A stretch of DNA of 64,000 nt, from positions 12,152,001 to 12,216,000 of the forward strand of contig JBHGNT010000010.1 of the NCBI GenBank assembly GCA_043228905.1. Direction: 5' to 3'. The notes under the pieces were generated by a model. It saw only the letters and a program-made list of their open reading frames with translations. It made no database searches and was not told the DNA's origin. This DNA is from Azolla caroliniana. Taxonomy: Eukaryota > Plantae > Polypodiophyta. A program made the translations under genes and the position numbers. Positions 61,676-64,000 of the stretch are shown here, piece after piece (position 1 is the stretch's first letter; each line of letters starts with the position of its first letter).

Positions 61676-64000
61676 ATGGAAGGCGGCGGTAGTGGGCCTC
61701 CGGGCATGATGGTGTTGAACTCACAGAACTACGCCGACTGGAAGATAAAGATGGAAGACCTTCTCATCGTCTGAGACCTGTATGAACCGATCGACAATGC
61801 CGAGATACCCAAGGGGGTAATAGAGTCGGAGTGGAAGCTCCTGAACCGGAAAGCCGTAGCGACGATCCGGCAATATGTCGATGTAAGCGTCCTACAACAT
61901 GTGGCGAACGACACCAATGCATATGAGATGTGGAAGAAGCTGTCGGGCCTCTACGAGAGGAAGAATGCGTTGAACCGGACCTCCCTGATGAGGAAGATAG
62001 TGAACCTCAAGTACCGGGACGACGAGAATATGGTGGAACACGTGAGCACGTTCATGGGATTCGTGAACCAGCTTGCGGCGATCAAGTTCCCGTTGGAGGA
62101 TGCAATGCAAGCCATCATTCTGATGTGTACATTGCCGGAAAGCTGGGAGAACTTGGTGGTGACTCTCAGCACCTCCTGCACCGAAGATAACTTGTCTCTA
62201 CAAACGGTAAAGACAAGTATTCTAAATGAAGAAGTGCGTCGGAGAGATAAAGAACCGGCCTCCGACTCGAAGGCGCTGCTTACCGAATCGGAACGGGGAA
62301 GACAATGGAACCGGAGTCCGCAAAGACGGGAGAAGTCGGGGACCCGGTCGCAGTCAAGAGGAAGGCCCACATGCTTCCACTGTGGGAAGCCGGGGCACTT
62401 CCGGAAGAATTGTCGGCATTACCGAAAGGACAACGGAGCCGACGACACCGATACGAAGAAGTCACCGGAGAGAAACGGTGCATACCGGGGAGCCACGGAC
62501 CGAAGAGGTCCGGATCGGCGAGGGCAGGACCGGAAAGGAACGACGGCACTCGCGGCAAGTGAAGAAGAGATAATGCTCATTACCGAAGAGAGGGAGCTGA
62601 ACCTTGTCGGTGTAGAGATGACCTGGGTGGTCGATTCCGGAGCATCGTTCCACCTGACCCCGGAGAGAAGATACTTCTCATCCTACATAGCCGGTGAGCA
62701 TGGCTGTGTTCGGATGGGAAATGAAGGTACGTGCCGGATTGCCGGCATAGGAGACGTGTGGTTGACAACCCCGACCGGATGCAAAATGCTGCTGAAGGAT
62801 GTCCGACACGTTCCGGAGGTTCGTTTGAACCTGATCTCGGCCGGGAGGCTAGATGATGAAGGCTACACGGGTAGCATCCGGAACGGTGTCATGAAGTTCA
62901 GCAAGGGGAGCCTGATAGTGGCTCGGGCCCGGAAGGTCAACACACTGTACCTGATGAATTCCCGGCTATGTCCGGAGGAGCTGAACATGGCAGCCGACAC
63001 TGCCGGTGAGCTGTGGCACAAGAGACTGTGCCACATGAGTGAGAAGGGGATGAAGAGGCTTGCAGAAGACAACCTTATTCCAGTGAAGCATGTGCACCTG
63101 GAGAAGTGCACCGATTGCCTTGCCGGTAAGCAGAACCGAACCTTCTTCCACTCAAGGCCACCGACGAGACGTAGCGCACCATTGGAGTTTGTGCATACTG
63201 ATGTGTGTCAGGTAGAAACGAAGTCACACGGCGGAGCCCAGTACTTCGTGACATTCATTGATGATCACAGCCGGAAGCTGTGGACAGCACCGTTGAAGAC
63301 AAAGGACCAAGTATTGTCCGTCTTCAAAGAACTCCACGCGAGAGTGGAAAGGGAATCCGGCAAGAAGCTGAAAGCGATACGAGCGGATAACGGAGGGGAA
63401 TACCGGGGGCAGTTCCAGGAGTACTGTCGCTCGAAGGGAATCCGGCTCGAGTTTACTGTGCCGAAGACGCCGGAACTGAACGGGCTGGCCGAGAGGATGA
63501 ACCGGACCATAATGGAGAGGGTCCGGAGTATGCTGGCGCATGCAAAATTACCCAAGGGGTTTTGGGCTGAGGCAATGTCGACGGCGACATACGTGATAAA
63601 CAGATCACCCTCAGTACCTTTGGACGGAGACACGCCGCAGAAAGTGTGGACCGGTAAGGAAGTGTCCTACCGGCATCTGAAGGTGTTCGGGTGTCTCGCA
63701 TACGTGCATGTGGCAAAGGACCGGAGAGGAAAATTAGATCCAAAGACCCGGCCATGCATATTCCTCGGTTACGGCGACGACGAGTTCGGCTACCGAGTAT
63801 GGGACCCGGTCGACAAGAAGATATTCAGGAGTCGAGACATCATCTTCATGGAGGACAAGACACTCGCCGACTTGGAGTCGGAGAAGAAGATGAAGAGCTC
63901 CAAGTCGACCGGTGAGGATCAACTCTACGAGGAGCAGTCCCGACCGGCAAGGGACCGGTTAGCACTCGAGGATCCGGCCGAAGACGGTGAAGAAACAGAA
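61676..64000 (+). pseudogene. pol: gag-PR-IN polyprotein, apparently open except one TGA near 61772; incomplete at window end
   Basis: CFHCGKPGHFRKNC, WVVDSGAS, HKRLCH, RADNGGEY, ELNGLAER read in one frame. Confidence 0.88.

Larger units (their letters stand above)
61000..64000 (+). mobile_element. Young copia with C-type LTR (61000-61645) and PBS 61649-61660; runs off the window
   Basis: TGTTG...CAACA LTR similar to C; TGGTATCAGAGC; almost intact reading frame. Confidence 0.93.

Overview
Eukaryotic, gene-poor plant heterochromatin made almost entirely of nested and decayed retrotransposons. A Tcn1-like chromovirus and DUF4100-type gypsy pieces suggest a non-seed plant such as a fern (inference only). 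From 1 to 20.7 kb it is a patchwork: copia ends, a short spliced gene remnant, an Athila-like accessory-ORF remnant, a gypsy gag-protease fragment, a near full-length L1-type LINE and a chromovirus 3' end. From 20.7 to 59.9 kb it is one nested stack, mostly resolved by LTR pairs and TSDs: gypsy D > copia B > copia C > copia E > gypsy F and gag-only element G, plus a solo LTR in C. A young copia starts at 61.0 kb and runs off the end. No intact host gene, rRNA, true tRNA or CRISPR array was seen. Most notable: (1) a -1 frameshift heptamer plus pseudoknot after a gypsy protease; (2) antisense tRNA-like A/B-box cassettes in U3 of two unrelated LTRs; (3) a covarying hairpin looping out the PPT/LTR junction in three copia families; (4) a conserved coiled-coil accessory ORF 3' of pol; (5) a capsid-module swap between copia lineages; (6) TGTCG-ended LTRs inserted at CACG sites, one with a 4-bp TSD. 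All alignments and counts were done by eye; element letters are my own labels.
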